Below are positions 1 through 14,479 of a DNA stretch of 64,000 nucleotides, piece by piece (positions within the stretch are counted from its first letter, which is position 1; the number at the start of each line of letters is the position of its first letter). The position numbers and the translations under genes are program-made. This stretch comes from Nageia nagi. Lineage: Eukaryota; Plantae; Pinophyta. The notes under the pieces were generated by a model. It did no database searches and was not told where the DNA came from. It saw only the letters and a program-made list of their open reading frames with translations. The DNA lies in the NCBI GenBank assembly GCA_050084985.1, contig JBITNC010000001.1, positions 10,354,001 through 10,418,000 on the forward strand, written 5' to 3'.

Positions 1-818
1 AGATATCTTGGTTTGCATTCTTGTTGCTCTATTTTGGGTCTTAGACAAGTTTGAATTCATAAGTCTTCGACTTAGCTCTTCAGTTTCGTGATTTTCCTTA
101 CTGGAATCACGTCCAAACCAAATTTCCCTCTTTGCACATGTTTGAATATGTTTCCAGGCTTCTCGAGAGCTTTTCTCGCTTGTCGAATGCATTTTGGTGC
201 TTTATTGTGCCATGTTGTGCCTTGTTGCATCTCTGCTGATGTCATTTGTCTCACCCCCTAGAACTTAATGTTTTTCTTGCCTTATGCCGTTATGACGTGC
301 TTCGACAACCTTGTTGTTGACGTCATTGCTCTTGTTGCTTGACATTTAGTGCCTTATTGCCTTGCCAAACTTTCTTCGAGCTTTTGCTGATGTGATTTGT
401 CTTGTCGCCCAACACTTAGTGCATTTCTTGCTATGCTATGCTCTGACAATCCTTTTTGTTGATGTCATTGCTCTTGTCATGTGACACTCAACTTTATTCT
501 CCCTGTACCGTATTGTGACAATATATTTGGTCACATCATCCTGTGGAAAGTGCGGCATATCGACTTTTCCCTATGTTGCATTGCAACAACACTTTTGCTA
601 ACATCATCCTTGCAAAAGTGTGACGTTTCCCTATTTCCTCCTGACGCCGCATTATGGCTACCTTTCTGCTGACATCATCATCTCAAAAGTGCGACATTTT
701 GCCTTTTGCCTTGTCTCACATTGTGGCAAAGCTTCTGTTGACGTCATCAGCCTCAAAGTGCGGCAATCCGATTTTGCATTGCTCTTACCCGTGGCAACTG
801 CATTGTTTGATTGCAAAA
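1..818 (+). repeat. LTR-like dispersed repeat, copy A (cut by window start)
   Basis: Colinear with 16810-17614 over about 810 nt. Ends GATTGCAAAA versus GATTGCGACA in copy B. Confidence 0.75.
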
Positions 819-876
819 ACTTCAGATTTGATCATGACAATTCTTCTATTGACTATGGAACCTCAAATTCTTTAAT

Positions 877-2990
877 TGGTATTAGAGTACTACGATTTAT
901 TGGGTTAAAATGGATTCAAAAGATGGAAATTCCTCTTAGTTGCCGATCTTTGTGTTCAATGGCGAACACTTTGAATATTGGAGCATCAAAATGAGAACGT
1001 TTCTCATCTCTCAAAACCTGTGGACTCTTGTCTCCCAAGGTTATACAAAAATAGATGCAGCAACGTTTTCACTACTCTCAACAGATGAGAAAAAGGAGCT
1101 TTTGGACACCCAAAAGAAGGATGCCAAAGCCCTATTTGCATTACAAAGTGGGATAGATTTTTCAATCTTCCCTAAGCAGAATGCAATGTTTTAAAGGTTG
1201 CTTGGGACACGCTTGAGAGTGCTTACAAGGGCTTCACCAAGGTCAAAGTAGCCAAGCTGCAATGCTCTAGAGAGATTTTGAATCTCTCAAAATGGTTGAC
1301 GGAGAGACCATTGAGGTCTTCATGAATAGAATTCAGAACTTGGTCAATGCTATTCATTCTCATCGTGAGAATCTTAATCACATCCTAATTGTTGAAAGGG
1401 TTCTTATAAGCTTTCTCCAACGGTTTGATCCCATCACCATTGCAATAGAGGAGTCCAAGGACTTGTCCCAATGCACTCTAATTGAGTTGCTTGGAACCTT
1501 ACAAACCTATGAGCAAAGGATCAAAGACAAGTAGGAGGACCTCGACAAGCTTTTCAAGGCAAGCTTAGAATGAATGATCAAACCACTTCTTCCTCCAGTT
1601 CCAACTCTTCTTCAAGAGGCTACGATAGAGGCCGCGGTGATAGAGGTCGCAAAGGCTATCGTGGTAGAGGAAGAGGTCGCTCAGAAGATTGTAGCGAGAA
1701 CCATAGTTATCAAAATTGGCCAAAAATCAGGATCGGCTTGCTAAACAATTTTTTTTGGACCAATTCTGATTTTTTTATTTTTGCTGACGTGGCGTTTTTT
1801 TTGCCAATTCTTGAGTCGATTTTTTGATGATTCATGCAAAAAAACCGGCAAAAATCGCAAGCACTAGCTAGGGAGGAAAAAAGATCAAATTTGGAATTTT
1901 TTTTAAATTTTTCTTGCGAACTTCAGCTAGGAGCTAAGAGGAGCTAGGAGAAACATCATTTGCACGATTTGAGCTAGATTCCAACACAACCACAAGTAGG
2001 GGATCCATTATATTCCTAAGAAGAAGAACCAACAAAAACCACTAACAGGGCTAAAACAACAAAAGAAAGATTGATAAAGGGGAAACAAAGACAATATGGA
2101 CATTAGAATCTAGATAAATGTTTTGGTTCAGATTTTGTTTTGTAAATTTGGAAATTTTTGATGTGTTTTGGTCCTTAGACATTCGATATGTAATACAAAA
2201 CTGAAAACTTTACAATTTCCAATGTTAAAATATGTTTTCACTTGTGTAATGTGTTATTTGAAATGGAATGTTGTCTTATTTTATATGCAATGTTGAGGGA
2301 TAACTAAAAATGATTTGTTTTAATATCAAATTGTAAAAATTCTTTGTTTTTCTTATTGGCTGATTTTTTGCCGATTTTTGGCTGATTCTTGAAAAATCAT
2401 AATCTTCTAGCCAAATGATTCTGATCCGATTCTGAGTCTGACAACTTTGGTGAGAACTCAAACTCGCAACATTGCTATGTGGAAAGGATGGTCACATGGA
2501 ACAACAATGTTTCTAGAAGAAAAAACAACTCAAAGCTAACTTCATTGAAGATTGTAGCGACGATGTCAACCTCTTTCTAATGCGTCATAACTTTGAAGTT
2601 GTTGATCAGATTTGGTATCTGGATAGTGGCTGTCCCAATAATATGATTGTAAACAAGAGCCTATTTGTCAACCATGAGGAGAATGCCATTGACAAAGTTA
2701 GGTTTGGTGGCAACAATTAGGTCAGTATTGCTGACGAAGGCTCCTCTTATTCCATGCTCTAACAATTTAAGATTGCAATGGTTAATGAGTTTGAGATGAG
2801 TGATCTGGGTGACATGCAATACTTTTTGGGCATGCAAGTTCAACAATCATCCAATGGCATCTTCATCACTCAAACCAAATATGTTGATGATATGCTTGCT
2901 TGATTATGAATGAAAGATTGCAAACCTGTTGGTACCCCCAAGGTTGTAGGTTGTAAATTGATGGAGGATTCTACTCCTATGGTTAATGAA
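877..2990 (+). mobile_element. Decayed, internally deleted Ty1/copia element (PBS, gag, protease, RT fragment)
   Basis: PBS-like TGGTATTAGAG at 877-887. Gag motifs FNGEHFEYWSIKMRTFL and AIEESKDLS, an RG-rich linker, protease WYLDSGC (~2614), then RT fragment FEMSDLGDMQYFLGMQVQQ (~2790). Contains stops and frameshifts. Confidence 0.88.
1702..2449. mobile_element. hAT-type MITE inserted in copia gag
   Basis: TIRs CATAGTTATCA / TGACAACTTTG. 8-bp TSD GCGAGAAC (1694-1701) / GTGAGAAC (2450-2457). Gag coding sequence resumes after the element. Confidence 0.88.
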
Positions 2991-2994
2991 TTTT

Positions 2995-4000
2995 GGGTTC
3001 GGGTAGGAAAGAAAATGACATGTCTTGAATAGGCCAAGTGATCCAATGTTCTCAACCACTCTTTTCTTCCTATCATGTGTTTAGTTGTTCCTGAGTCAAC
3101 ATACCAAACCATACTTTGATGAGATGTTTCATCATTTGATTGAATTACATATACACAATTATTATCAAATTCATTTTCTTTTGCAACATGTTCATGAAAT
3201 TTGTTGCTTCTTTCCTCTGAAATTCCTCCTTTGATCATTGGATGATCCTTAACTATTTGATTTGTGCCAACAATCCTTGGCAAAATGGCTTACCTTGCCA
3301 CAATGAAAGCACTCACCACCTTGAGTGTTCCTTGGAGGTTCACTCCCGCTTCTACTCTTGAATTGTTGTTTCGTTACAAGAACTTAGTCTTCATCAATGG
3401 TGGAGATAGATGATATCTCTTGCTTCTAAAGAAGATTTACCAACTTCTCAAAAGTTGGAGTCTGGTACATGATGTTCAAAGTTGTGACAAACACATTTTA
3501 CTTTTATGATAGGGCTCTCAAAACAATATGGACGAGAATATCATTTGTCACCTTCTCTCCCAATGCTTTAAGCGAAACTCGTAATTCTGCAATGTGTCCA
3601 GGAAAGGACTTGAGCTTCTCACTTGGCTTCATTTTTAGTGAGTGTGGTTGAATTTGAAGGAACAAGATTTAGTTCTTGTTCTTGGCCTCATAGACATTCT
3701 TTAATTTTTCCCACATGTTCTTGGCAATAGTACATTTTTTGATGAATGGGTGTATGGAGTTTGCAACACAGAACATAATGATTGAACGAGCCTTTCTATC
3801 AACTTTGTCAATATTTGTGGTGGAGGGGCCGGTTTCTATAATTGCACTCCATACTTCTTCAAACTCGAGTTGAGTTTTCACCTTAGTCTTCAATGCGCAA
3901 AATTTTCTCTTTGGTCTAGTTGAGAATTTGAAAGCATACATTTGAGTGCTGAGCTTCCTATGACTAAAAATATTTAAACAATTCTTCTTCCAAAATATCA
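2995..4000 (-). mobile_element. Ty1/copia gag-protease remnant
   Basis: Minus-strand ORFs contain DRKARSIIMFCV..AKNMWEKLKNVYE (gag) and WYVDSGTTKHM (copia protease). Confidence 0.8.
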
Positions 4001-5989
4001 AACCCTTCTTTATCCTTTAATATTTAAATGATTAAATATTATTTGAACTCCTTATAAAATAATTAAAAAATTGCACCTTAATCTTAAAAAAATACTTTAA
4101 AAAATATTATTTCTCCAAAATAATTTAGAAAATATTGTACCTTTGAATGTTGATATCAGGCTCATAATCAAGATCCTGTCATGGGCTTGGTCAACAAGAT
4201 CCTTGATGATGGCAACCTTCTTCACAAACACACTGGCAAAAATGTGTTGTTAAAGAACAACTATTTTTCCTTACGAACACACCTTCAATATGTGTGCATG
4301 CCTTCATAAATGCAACAAAACTGTGCATGCATGTGGCAAAAAACTATGCATACGTGGGGCAAACAATTCCTTGTTGGTGAATGCAATTGAAAAAATGTAG
4401 GTAAAAACACACTACGCAGGTTGCCTCCTAACCACACTTCTCCTTACGTGTAGACCTTCTCCTTTATGAACATGCAAACCTTATCTTTTATAGGTGCGTG
4501 AACCTTTTCTTCATGAGCAACAAGTAGAATTGATTTTAACACACCCAATTCTTGGACACTCACGTCTATTGATAGCATTTCTATGACAAATCTGATGGCT
4601 ATGCACACGTTTGCATAATACAAATGCTCCATGCAATTTGTACGTCCTCAAAAACATTTCTCAGCCTTCACGATTCAATTCATTGCTTACACAATGCAGC
4701 TATAAGCTCACACAATGGTGGAGCTTGTATTCCACTATACATAGCATAAACTCTTTATGCAGGCCATGAATCACCACTTCACGCTTGGTTTACATGTCTC
4801 AAGTTTTGGGTGTTCAATAGATCTCACATGCACACAGACTGTTTGTATGGTGTTAGGCATTGGATGCTATCACCAATCGATGCCTCTCCTAATGCACAAT
4901 CTCATGCAAGTCTCTTTACTAGTGTAAGCCTACACGTCTCCTTGTGAGCATGCCATTATGCAGATTGTCTCATAGGCCTCTCTTATGTAAGTACATTACG
5001 CGGGTTTGGATTTCAGTTATGATATGAGCTTTGGAACCTCTTCTCTCATAACTCCATGGGAGCTTTTACATAATATGTATAGTCAAGCAATGAATGTTTT
5101 AACACCACCAGATCTTGTTGAACAATTCTTCTCAAATTTATGGCAGTCAAAAAAACTTCACACAAACCTGGCTATTTTGATACCAAACGTAGAGAATGCA
5201 CTTATTTTCTATTGAGAAGAGATGCTATTCATACAAGCAATTGATGAGTAACCTCGTGTATCAACATTTATTCATGGGTTATCTCATGACACAAACAAAT
5301 AGGAACAAATTAATAACAAACAACCAAGCATTAGAAACCCGAAGACATAAGAAGACACAACAACCAACTACATGGGGAATGATGTAATATTCCTAACATT
5401 CTTGGGTGACGTTGGGGACATTAGCAATTCTTGATGGTAATCAAACACCCTTTTGTTAGAGATAAACATTGATATGGCTATAAACATGATATGACAAACA
5501 ATGATAAGTAATGAAAAACACGATATGGGACATCTACCTGGAGGAGTTATGATGGCCAAATCATGTCACCATGACTCTTTCATGGAGAATCTTTTGCTGC
5601 TTCAAAGATCAAATTGAATAATGATACATCATGGATCTTTCCATGAAAAGTCCTTTGATGCCTCAAGGACCAAAAGGGTAATTATAGTGTTCCAATTAAG
5701 TGTACAAATATGATCATATATAATTTTGAAATGTTAACCAAGTCTTGAAAGCATGAACAATTCAAAGATATGATTAATAGTAGGATGTCATCATGGGGTT
5801 GCTATGATCGCTTTTCTAATGCCCCAAAGACCAAAATGGGTAATATATGATTATCCAAGATAATAATGATTATAACATTGATATTGAACAATTTCAACAT
5901 GAAATAGTATGAAATGACGAATTTTAGTAATATTTGAATGTTTCTTGCAAAAAAAAGTTGATAATTTTTCTTTGGATTTTGAAGATATC

Positions 5990-7240
5990 TTATTTAACTT
6001 TTTAATGACAAAAAATGGAGCTTTTTTGACCTAAAAAATGCTAGAAACAACTTACACCTCTTGACACGTGTATGATAATCTTGCTCCATTGTAGACCAAT
6101 AGCAACCAATTTTTAATTATTTATGACGAACTAATTTGGCATCGAAATGTCCACCACAAACACCCTCATGTGCTTTCTCTATTGCTGGTTTTGTTTCATT
6201 TGGCTTGACATATCTCAAAAGTGCCCTTTCAAATAATCTTCTATACGAAATATTATCAATCATGACATATTTTGCTATTGATTTGCTAAGTTCTATTCTT
6301 GCATTTTTGTTCAAATTTTGAGGGATAGTGCCATTCTTAAGGTATTCTTATATATCATTAGACCAAAAAGAATCACCATGATCTTTATTTGTTGTATAAC
6401 AATCAATACTGAAATCTTCTACTAATAAAGCAAGGTTTTATGGCTTAGATTCTTGATTGTTAGTATATCATCATCTTCAATTTCAAGGGGGGGTAATGAA
6501 GATTCATTATCCATGGCATTTACTTACCTACTATTATTTCTTTGGATATATTCAATCTTATACTCATCAAGATTTTGGAGAAGATTTGAACCATTTCTTT
6601 GTATGGAATCAAATTTTCTTCTATGTTATAAATCTCCTTGACTTGGTTTTTTTCATCTTCAATCTTATTGTTGCCTCATGTTTTGCTATATTGTTTGTGC
6701 AATGAAAGATCAACCTCTTGGCCATAGGGACAACTTTATTATAACAAGATAATAACACCATACGTGTCCTTCACCATGAGTGCACTTGGAACTATCAAAG
6801 AATAGGCTTCATTCATTATCTTGCTTTGCTACTAGGTTTACACACTAATTAGGAAACTCTTCATTTACGGAACTTTTGTCATCTTGGGGAGCATTTGCTA
6901 TGAAGTTTGCTATTACTTGTCCTTTCATTGGTTTCTCATTGATGAACACAAGATCATATTCTCAAAGCAACATTACTTATTTAGCTTCTATTCCTAAGAG
7001 ATGTGGCTTTTATAGCAAGTACCCCAATGGATCTGCTTGTGGTATAACATAGGTGGTGTTTTTTTTTTCTAAAGTAAAAAAGGTCTTGTCCTTTCATTGA
7101 TTTCTAATTGATGAACACAAGATCATTTTCTCGAAGTAACATTACCTATTTAGCTTCTCTTCCTAGCTTTGATAGCAAGTACCCCAACATGTCTACTTGT
7201 GCTATAACATATGTGGTGTTTATTTTAAAGTAAAATGTTA
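5990..7240 (-). mobile_element. Ogre/Retand-like gypsy pol remnant (RH tether, probable aRH, integrase N-terminus)
   Basis: LLRYV..AHEGVCGGHF integrase zinc-binding region at 6117-6314. EYDLVFI..KGQVIANF-like tether at about 6900-6960, locally duplicated at about 7090-7230. Confidence 0.7.
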
Positions 7241-7266
7241 AAATTTCTATTTAAAGTTTGAGGTTA

Positions 7267-7412
7267 CAACATAGTTTTCAATGACCTACCTCTCTCGGCT
7301 AGGCATGGAATATGAATCAACTCCCTCTTTTTATATATCCAACATAGTTTTCAATGACCTACCTCTCTCGGCTAGGCATAGAATATGAATCAACTCCTTC
7401 TTTTTATATATC
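7267..7412. repeat. 73-bp tandem duplication (2 copies)
   Basis: CAACATAGTTTTCAATGACCTACC...TATATC at 7267-7339 and 7340-7412. Confidence 0.9.
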
Positions 7413-10400
7413 CAAGTTCCTAGGATCCCAATTACCACTAGATACCTTCATAAGATTTTCCTCTAGTTCTCCTCTACTAAATCTTTGGTGTTTGCCTCTC
7501 CCATGGATAACCTTGCTTTCCCTATGTAGCATGATCTCACCTCCTAGTATGCTTCTTCTTAGTACCCATACTAAACAAACTTATTGAGTTTTTGCCAAAT
7601 TTTTGACTCATATGCCATGTGGATTTTCTTAGGAATTTTAGCACCTAGGGTTTTTAACAATGTCCTTGTGAGAGTGTCGATTCTCTCCATTAGTTTTGAA
7701 TTCTTCCTTGAAGATTCTTCCTTTTCTTTCTAGTCAAAGCTACCGCTAAATGAAACCTGATCCCAAATGCTAGGTTGGTTGTAGTTTCTTAGATCTAAAC
7801 TTGTTGGTTTACCAGTAGTCTTAAAAGGAGACCTTGGTAGGTAGTGGCCTCTCTTTTTTGTTGAACATAGTATACCACAAACATCACATTGTTTGGGTAA
7901 AGGGGCATTCAAAGAGGAGATGGGTCATTGATTCCTCTTCTTGTTTACACATCATATATCTATTTGGCCCTATAAGTCCTCTCTTACATGGGTTGTCTTG
8001 AGTCAACATGTTGTTATGGGCCACTAGCTAGGAGAAAAATTTATTTTTGTTCATTTCCTTGGTTGGAATATTTTCAACCAAGGGATTTGCAAAGGGGTTT
8101 GTATTTGGGAGATGGTCGCTTTGTAACCGTCTTTTACTGTAAATATCCCAAGTTTTCAATGCCTACACACTAATATGTCTTATTCATTTCCCCTTGGCCA
8201 TGATCTGCCTTCTAATATAAATTTCTCTTTATTTCATCCTTCACTTCCCCATTCTGTCGAGGGTCTCCATTGTTGGAAATTGGCCTTTTGATTTGGTGGT
8301 TTGAGATAATCCTAGATACAAGACCACCCTTTTTTGGTGTAGGTTTCTAAGTGTCCTCCCACTCTCTAGAACAAACCTTTTGTTATAAGAGAGGCCCCTC
8401 TCCTCATTGCTTTTCATATTTCTAAACCCTCTTCCATGATCGTGAGATGAGGGAGGTCTTACCCTGAATGCAAAGGTTAATAGTTTTTGATCAATACTTG
8501 ATTCCAAAGTTGATCATGGTTAGTTAACCATATCTAATAGATCTTGCTTGTAAGAGCTCGATTATTAGTAGCTCTCGCTTTTATTCCAAGTCTTTTTGCC
8601 TCCTTCAACTAGCAAATCCTATCCCAACTCGCTAGTACCATTTTTTGCTCTCCCTTCGTTCATGACCATAAGAATTACCTCATCACTTTGTCCAAGTCTT
8701 TAGAGTCACCAAAATAAAACATTTGTATAGTGGTATTGGTTGGAGGACCAATTTCAATAGTGTCACTCTTCCTCCAAAATGCAACTACCTAGATGCTCAT
8801 TGTGACAACTTTGAGTGGAGTTTGTTCTTGATTGCTTTACAATGCTTGGTTTTTAGGATGTTGTTTCTTACAGGTATGCCCAAGTACTCTAAAGGTAGAT
8901 ATGCCTTTGAGAATCTTAAGATATGGCCAATCCACTCTCTTACTCTCCTTGCAACATTGAAGAACATTACTTTAGATTTGCCTTCATTTAGTAGCTGTTC
9001 AATGGGCGCTATTTAACAATCAAACATTTTCTTGATGCTAGTTGCTTCTCCTCACAATTTTGTATCATCTACAAATTGAAGGTGGCTAAGTTCTATGCCC
9101 TAGCCTCTGTGTACTCTTGCAATGACTTTGCTTTTCCTTATGGGTTGCCCAAGCTTTTCACGAACAAGATGTACAAAAATGGTAATATGGGGTTCTCTTG
9201 TATGATGCCTCTTGAGGCTTGGAATAGCTAGGAAGGTATATCATTCTCGAGCACTGGGAAGGAAACTATTGAGATGCATTCCATCACCACTTTATTCATT
9301 CTTTTTTGAAGCTCAAATCTTTCTAGAATTTGAGCTAGAAACTCCCAGCTAACCTTTTTCATAAGCCTTGATAAATCAAGCTTGAGGAACATTTGTTTGT
9401 TTCCCTTTTGGTTGAGAGTGTGAATGGTTTATTTGGCCACAACAATCACTTCCAAAATCTATCTGCCCTAGACATCCCCCATGTTCTTGAGAGATTACTC
9501 TTGGTAAGATATTCTTCAATTTGTTTGCCATTAGTTTTGTAATGATTTCATAAACCACATTGCATAGGGCTATGGTTGTGTATTTGTCAAGATTTTCCAT
9601 CTCTCCTCTTTTTGGGATCAAAACCAAAAAGGTGTTGTTGAGGGCCTTAAGAAGTCCACTAGATCTACCTTCTTCTATCCCTTGGGTTCGGTCTTACGCT
9701 AGTGTATTCCAAAAAGCTTCAAAGAATTGTGATGGGAATCCATCTATTCTTGGTGCTTTCCCATGTTCACATGGAACATTGTTTTTGCAACTTTCACTTT
9801 CTTGATCTCTTTTAGGAGTTCATCATTCCGTTTTTGGAACATTGTTTTTTTTGGTGTTGGATGGAAAGATGTGGATTTGTTGTAAATATATTAATAAAAT
9901 AATTAATCGCTACTTCATGCATACTTAGGATGGTGGTTTGCTTGATTCCTTGGCTGATGTAGACAACATTAATTTTATTGTGGAGGCTTTGTGCAATGGC
10001 TAAGTGATGGAAAAGTTTGGTGTTCCTATCTCCCTCTTGCAACTTGGATACTCTTGCTTGTTGTTTCCAGCAGACTTCTTTTTAATCTAGCTTCTCCTCT
10101 TTCGTCAAACTCTCTTCTTGGGAAAGAATTTATTTGAAGATAGGCCTTGAATGAAAATGGATGGCCACTTCTTGCATTCTTTCTGAGAGGGTTCCTCTTT
10201 GTTGCTGGAAGTTTGTTGTTTGGGGTTTTTTCCAGCTCTTTTAACAAATTTCATTCGAAAATATAATTGATATTGTGGTGTTCCATGTGCCTGTCTTCCT
10301 TGCTAGCACCACTACTTCAACATGTCTAGAAGGTTCTAGCTTTGTAACCATAAATTCTCAAATCTGAAAGGGTGCCTCTTTGCTTGGAGCCTTTTGTTGA

Positions 10401-12300
10401 TATGGATGCTTATCAGGATGTGGTCTAATGCCAGTCAATCTAGAATCATGGATTCACAATGCTAGAGGTTAAAAGCCTTCTCTCTAACCAAAATTCTATC
10501 TAATGTGGACTTGATTGTGTGCTTCCCTTTTCTCTTATTTGTCTAGGTATTGTTACATTTGGGTGGCAGTATGTCAATCAACTCCAAATTTTTAGTTTGA
10601 GCCATTACAAGCCTATCCTTCTCACTTGGTTCAAGTGTCCTTTTTGGTCTCTTATCAAATGTTTGGTATTAAAATCCCTTTTCACTAGTTAGAATTTTTT
10701 TTGGTAGATTTCCTTGATTGCTTGGACTGCCTTCCATTGTATTTTCTGGTTTCAGACCTCTTTCATGCCATAGATTTCACATTGCACTTGAATTTCTATC
10801 CTTTAATCTAATCATCAGGAGCCCTCTAGTTGATGCTGAACCCACCACCTAAAAGATGCCCTTATTCCATAGTGTATCCATTCCCCTTGAGAAGTCCTAT
10901 GAAGCTTGGGCCACATAGTCCCCTTGCTTCCAACATCTCTTGGTGATAGTTTGCATTGCCTATAGCAAGGCTTTGATTTCATGTTACAATTCCACACTTG
11001 AGTTACTATCTAAAATCATTCTATTAACAACCATTTGCTTGAGGTGGCCATTCAATCCCCATGCATTCCATGTGTTTACTAACATTTGGGCTATATAAAA
11101 TAGAAGTTGGCTATCAATTTGACGCGCCTTAACTCCATTTGTTCTTCTTGTTACATCTGCTCCTTGTTTGTCTTTCAGCCAAATCCTTGAGAGCTTGCAT
11201 GCTTTGGTCCCTTCTCTACTTGGCTAATTCTTTATGTTGACTTTTCTCTATTCTTATCTCGGTAGATCCCAACAATTTGAGTTTGCTAGAGCTTGATATT
11301 CCCTAGTACCTATTCTTCGGCATATACCTTTGGAGGGTTTTGTGGGTCTATGTTGTCTGTATTAGTATAGTTGCCCATTGTCTGCCAATGAGATTGTGTC
11401 TCCATTGCATTGGGATTATGCTATTTACTGGACTACGTCTCTTCATCTATTGGTTTGGGATATTGGTTGGTTCTACAATTGATATTTCTTGTCCTTACAT
11501 TAGATTGTCAATTTAAGAATCTCATAATTTGACTTTAGACCGATTCGTTACCTTTGTTTGAGAAATTGTTTTTGGCCTTTCCTTATGACTATTTGAAATT
11601 TTTTGGGATATTCTCAGATTAAGTGTCCATACTCGTGACATGCTTTGCATCTTAAGGGAATTGATTCGTACACCACTTGTTGTCTCTATTCATTCCCTCC
11701 TCTTAATTCAATTTTTGTTGGGAGCAATTTTCCCAAGTCATTTCCTCGTAAATCATTTCATATGGCGCCAATCCTCCTTCAATTGATTCTCACAATCTTC
11801 CTATGCAAATGATACCTAGAATTTCCTTCCTTTAAAATTCCAATGAGAGGGCATCAAACACTAGTGCTCAAGGTTGCATGAATAAACTCGCAGGATCAAT
11901 GTTGGAAGGCCCCACTTCAAATGTTTGTTCTTGTCTAAGATCAATATAAATTCAGCTGCAAGGTACCCATTCGACAAGATCAAAATATATACTTCTCCTT
12001 GTGGTTCCTAATGTTTATTGTTGGTTGTAAACAAGAAATTGTGGGAATCTCTTAACCTCATAAATTTGCATATCAAGGCATGGTTGTAGTGATTGTTGTA
12101 CATGATATGATTGTCAATGAACTCTTTTGCAATTTGCATGATTGGGATCTTTTTGGGACAAACATCCATTTTGTTTTGTTCATTCTGTTTCTTCCTCCTT
12201 TCACTTTCTTACGTCTTGCATGATATTTCTAGCTTGTGCTTGTCAACTATTTTAGAACACAAGGAATTATACCATCGGGCCTTCCTTTTGCATGATCTTT
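7270..12300 (-). mobile_element. Near-full-length degenerate LINE (L1 clade): ORF1, endonuclease, RT, 3' domains
   Basis: Minus-strand fragments: WNAWGLN (endonuclease start, ~11070), EGDRNTKLFH (~10030), LIPK..IALCNVVYEIITKLMANKLK (9376-9627) and YLGIP (~8880). Many stops. Ends are approximate. Confidence 0.85.
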
Positions 12301-12325
12301 CATCTTGATGCACCTTTTTAATTAG

Positions 12326-13026
12326 TGTTAATGAAATTTAGACACTATGATCAACACAATAAATTTACAATAGAATAATGATACAATTATATTCTTGATG
12401 AATGCGAAAATTCAATTACAACACAATGGCAAGAAACTTTCATTGTGACGGTAGTAATGGACTTGGTTATCTTGTGACAAGCACCACTACATACTCAACT
12501 CAACAACCAATCCAACACAAGCACTTGCACAACCTCACAAAGGGAGCCTTCTCACACCAAAAATCTAACCTTCTCTTCACTTGAATAAATGATCACGAGC
12601 ATAGTGCAACAATTTGACACACTTATGACACTAAGATTCAAGACCCAACACACTTACAAACATTTTCACTACTCACTCACAACTCGCTCTCAACTTCAAC
12701 TCGACTTTACCTAACTTCACTTACAACTTCCCAACTTTAATCAAACTTGCTTTACATGCCCATAGCACCCTTCTATTTATAGACTAGAGAAGATAATCTT
12801 GATTTTCTAACATTTTAAGAATATCTTGAATTTAAAATACATTATATCTCTATCTCTAGAAATATTCAAATCACTTTTTAAAGCATCCATGAGATGCCAC
12901 GCAGATCTTTTGTAACAAACCTTTTCGAAACTTCTTTTGAATATTAACTATTTGCATATCATCACATCTCTTTATGCCACATAACCTTATGAATAATTCT
13001 AGAATATACATCTTCTAGATATTACA
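12326..13026 (-). repeat. Probable solo LTR
   Basis: TGTTA...TTACA ends and a reverse TATA (CTATTTATAG, ~12773). No clean TSD. Confidence 0.5.
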
Positions 13027-13099
13027 CTAGTATATAATTTCGTGAACTTACATTACACCATACTATGATATATCTGAAATTCTCGTGTCCCTTGCTTGG

Positions 13100-13620
13100 A
13101 TAAGACGTTGGCTTCATTCCTTCCCAAAGAGGAAGAGAGGGCCCACGCTTTGCCTCGAACACCAACACTGGCAACTCCCTCTTTATTTGAATATCCATAT
13201 CTCTGAATATTCCCATTTTATATCCACGCAGCTCTTCTTTGCCCTGCAAATTGGCGCTGGCACAGCAGAAAACAATGCAAAACCCTTGAGTGAGGGCAGG
13301 GTTTTTCGAATCTCAATTTTTAGAGTTTTATTTTGATAAAATTCAAGCAAATTTAGCTTAAGCCAGGGGGAGGAGAAGATTTCTTTTGTATTTACAGGCC
13401 TAAAGATTCACCTAAGGTACGCATATTCAAAACTTTATGTTATATTTGTTTGTTTTTCTGTAGAATTTCTATGGCTTACATTTCGTTGAATTGTTAGAAG
13501 AAATTGTAGTTCTTTTTGCGTATTTCAACATGGTGTATTTGTGAAATATGGTTTTATTTTCGAATTGGTGGCCACCGACAATTCCTGCAGTGTAACTTTT
13601 GGAAAGCTGAAACCCTAGCA
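13100..13620 (+). promoter_or_regulatory. Probable POP4 promoter and non-coding first exon(s)
   Basis: CpG-retaining, non-TE island. TCP class I site GGGCCCAC at 13139-13146. Telo-box-like AAACCCT at 13280, AGGGTTT at 13298 and AAACCCTAG at 13610. Donor AAG|GTACGC at 13416/13417. Link to POP4 is inferred. Confidence 0.55.
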
Positions 13621-14479
13621 CGAACTGTTTGAGAAATTCCTTTAGGAATAATCTTATCAATTTCTGTGACGTAAGTAGAGAAAGTCGATTCAGGGTTTCA
13701 ATTTTGTAACTCCGACTTTGAACTCGAATTTTACCATGCATTATGTTGAATGGCCTAAGTTTGATGACATGAAGGAAAGATGGCCTTTGCGGAGGAAATA
13801 TAGGAGCACTCTATAGCATAGAGGTTCCACGCCATTCGGATTTTGTTTTCTGTTTCTATATAAATTGGTAAATTCTCCTTGCCGAGTAGCTCTAGATTTA
13901 GATGCCAGAATCATGGATATTTCTCGGGTCAAAGTCAATCAAGGTTTGGGTAAACTTGGCTTAGTTTCATGGTCTAGGTATCTCTTGGGTGTTTGCAACA
14001 ACCAGTTATTTCTGTTGATATATGCCTGGGATAGTTTACCCGCCATAATTTTCTGTTGAGATGTGTGTGGTGTAGTTCACCTGATTTCAAAATGTTGATT
14101 CAATTCACATATGAAATGAAGAGCTGAATTCCGAACATAGAAGCCCATTTATTTACCATTTGAGCTTTACTCCCTTGAACACATTTGCATGGCTAATGTT
14201 TTTTAGATATCTTCATCTAGTAATGTTTTAGGCAGAAAAAATATATGAAAATTTAGACTGAACCGTGATAGCCATTATTAATAAGAACAGCACGCAGTGC
14301 CCAATGAACCGTAGTAAAGTTAGCCCTTTTATAATGTAGGTGGTCTAATGTCATTTAAAAGGTGAAGGCGAAAGTCATTTTTGAGACACATGTATTATGT
14401 GAAATGAGCACAAGCGTGAAACTCTCTTTAGATCAGCTCTTTGTGTTTGTTCAAATTTATTTTGGTCATCAATAAGGTT

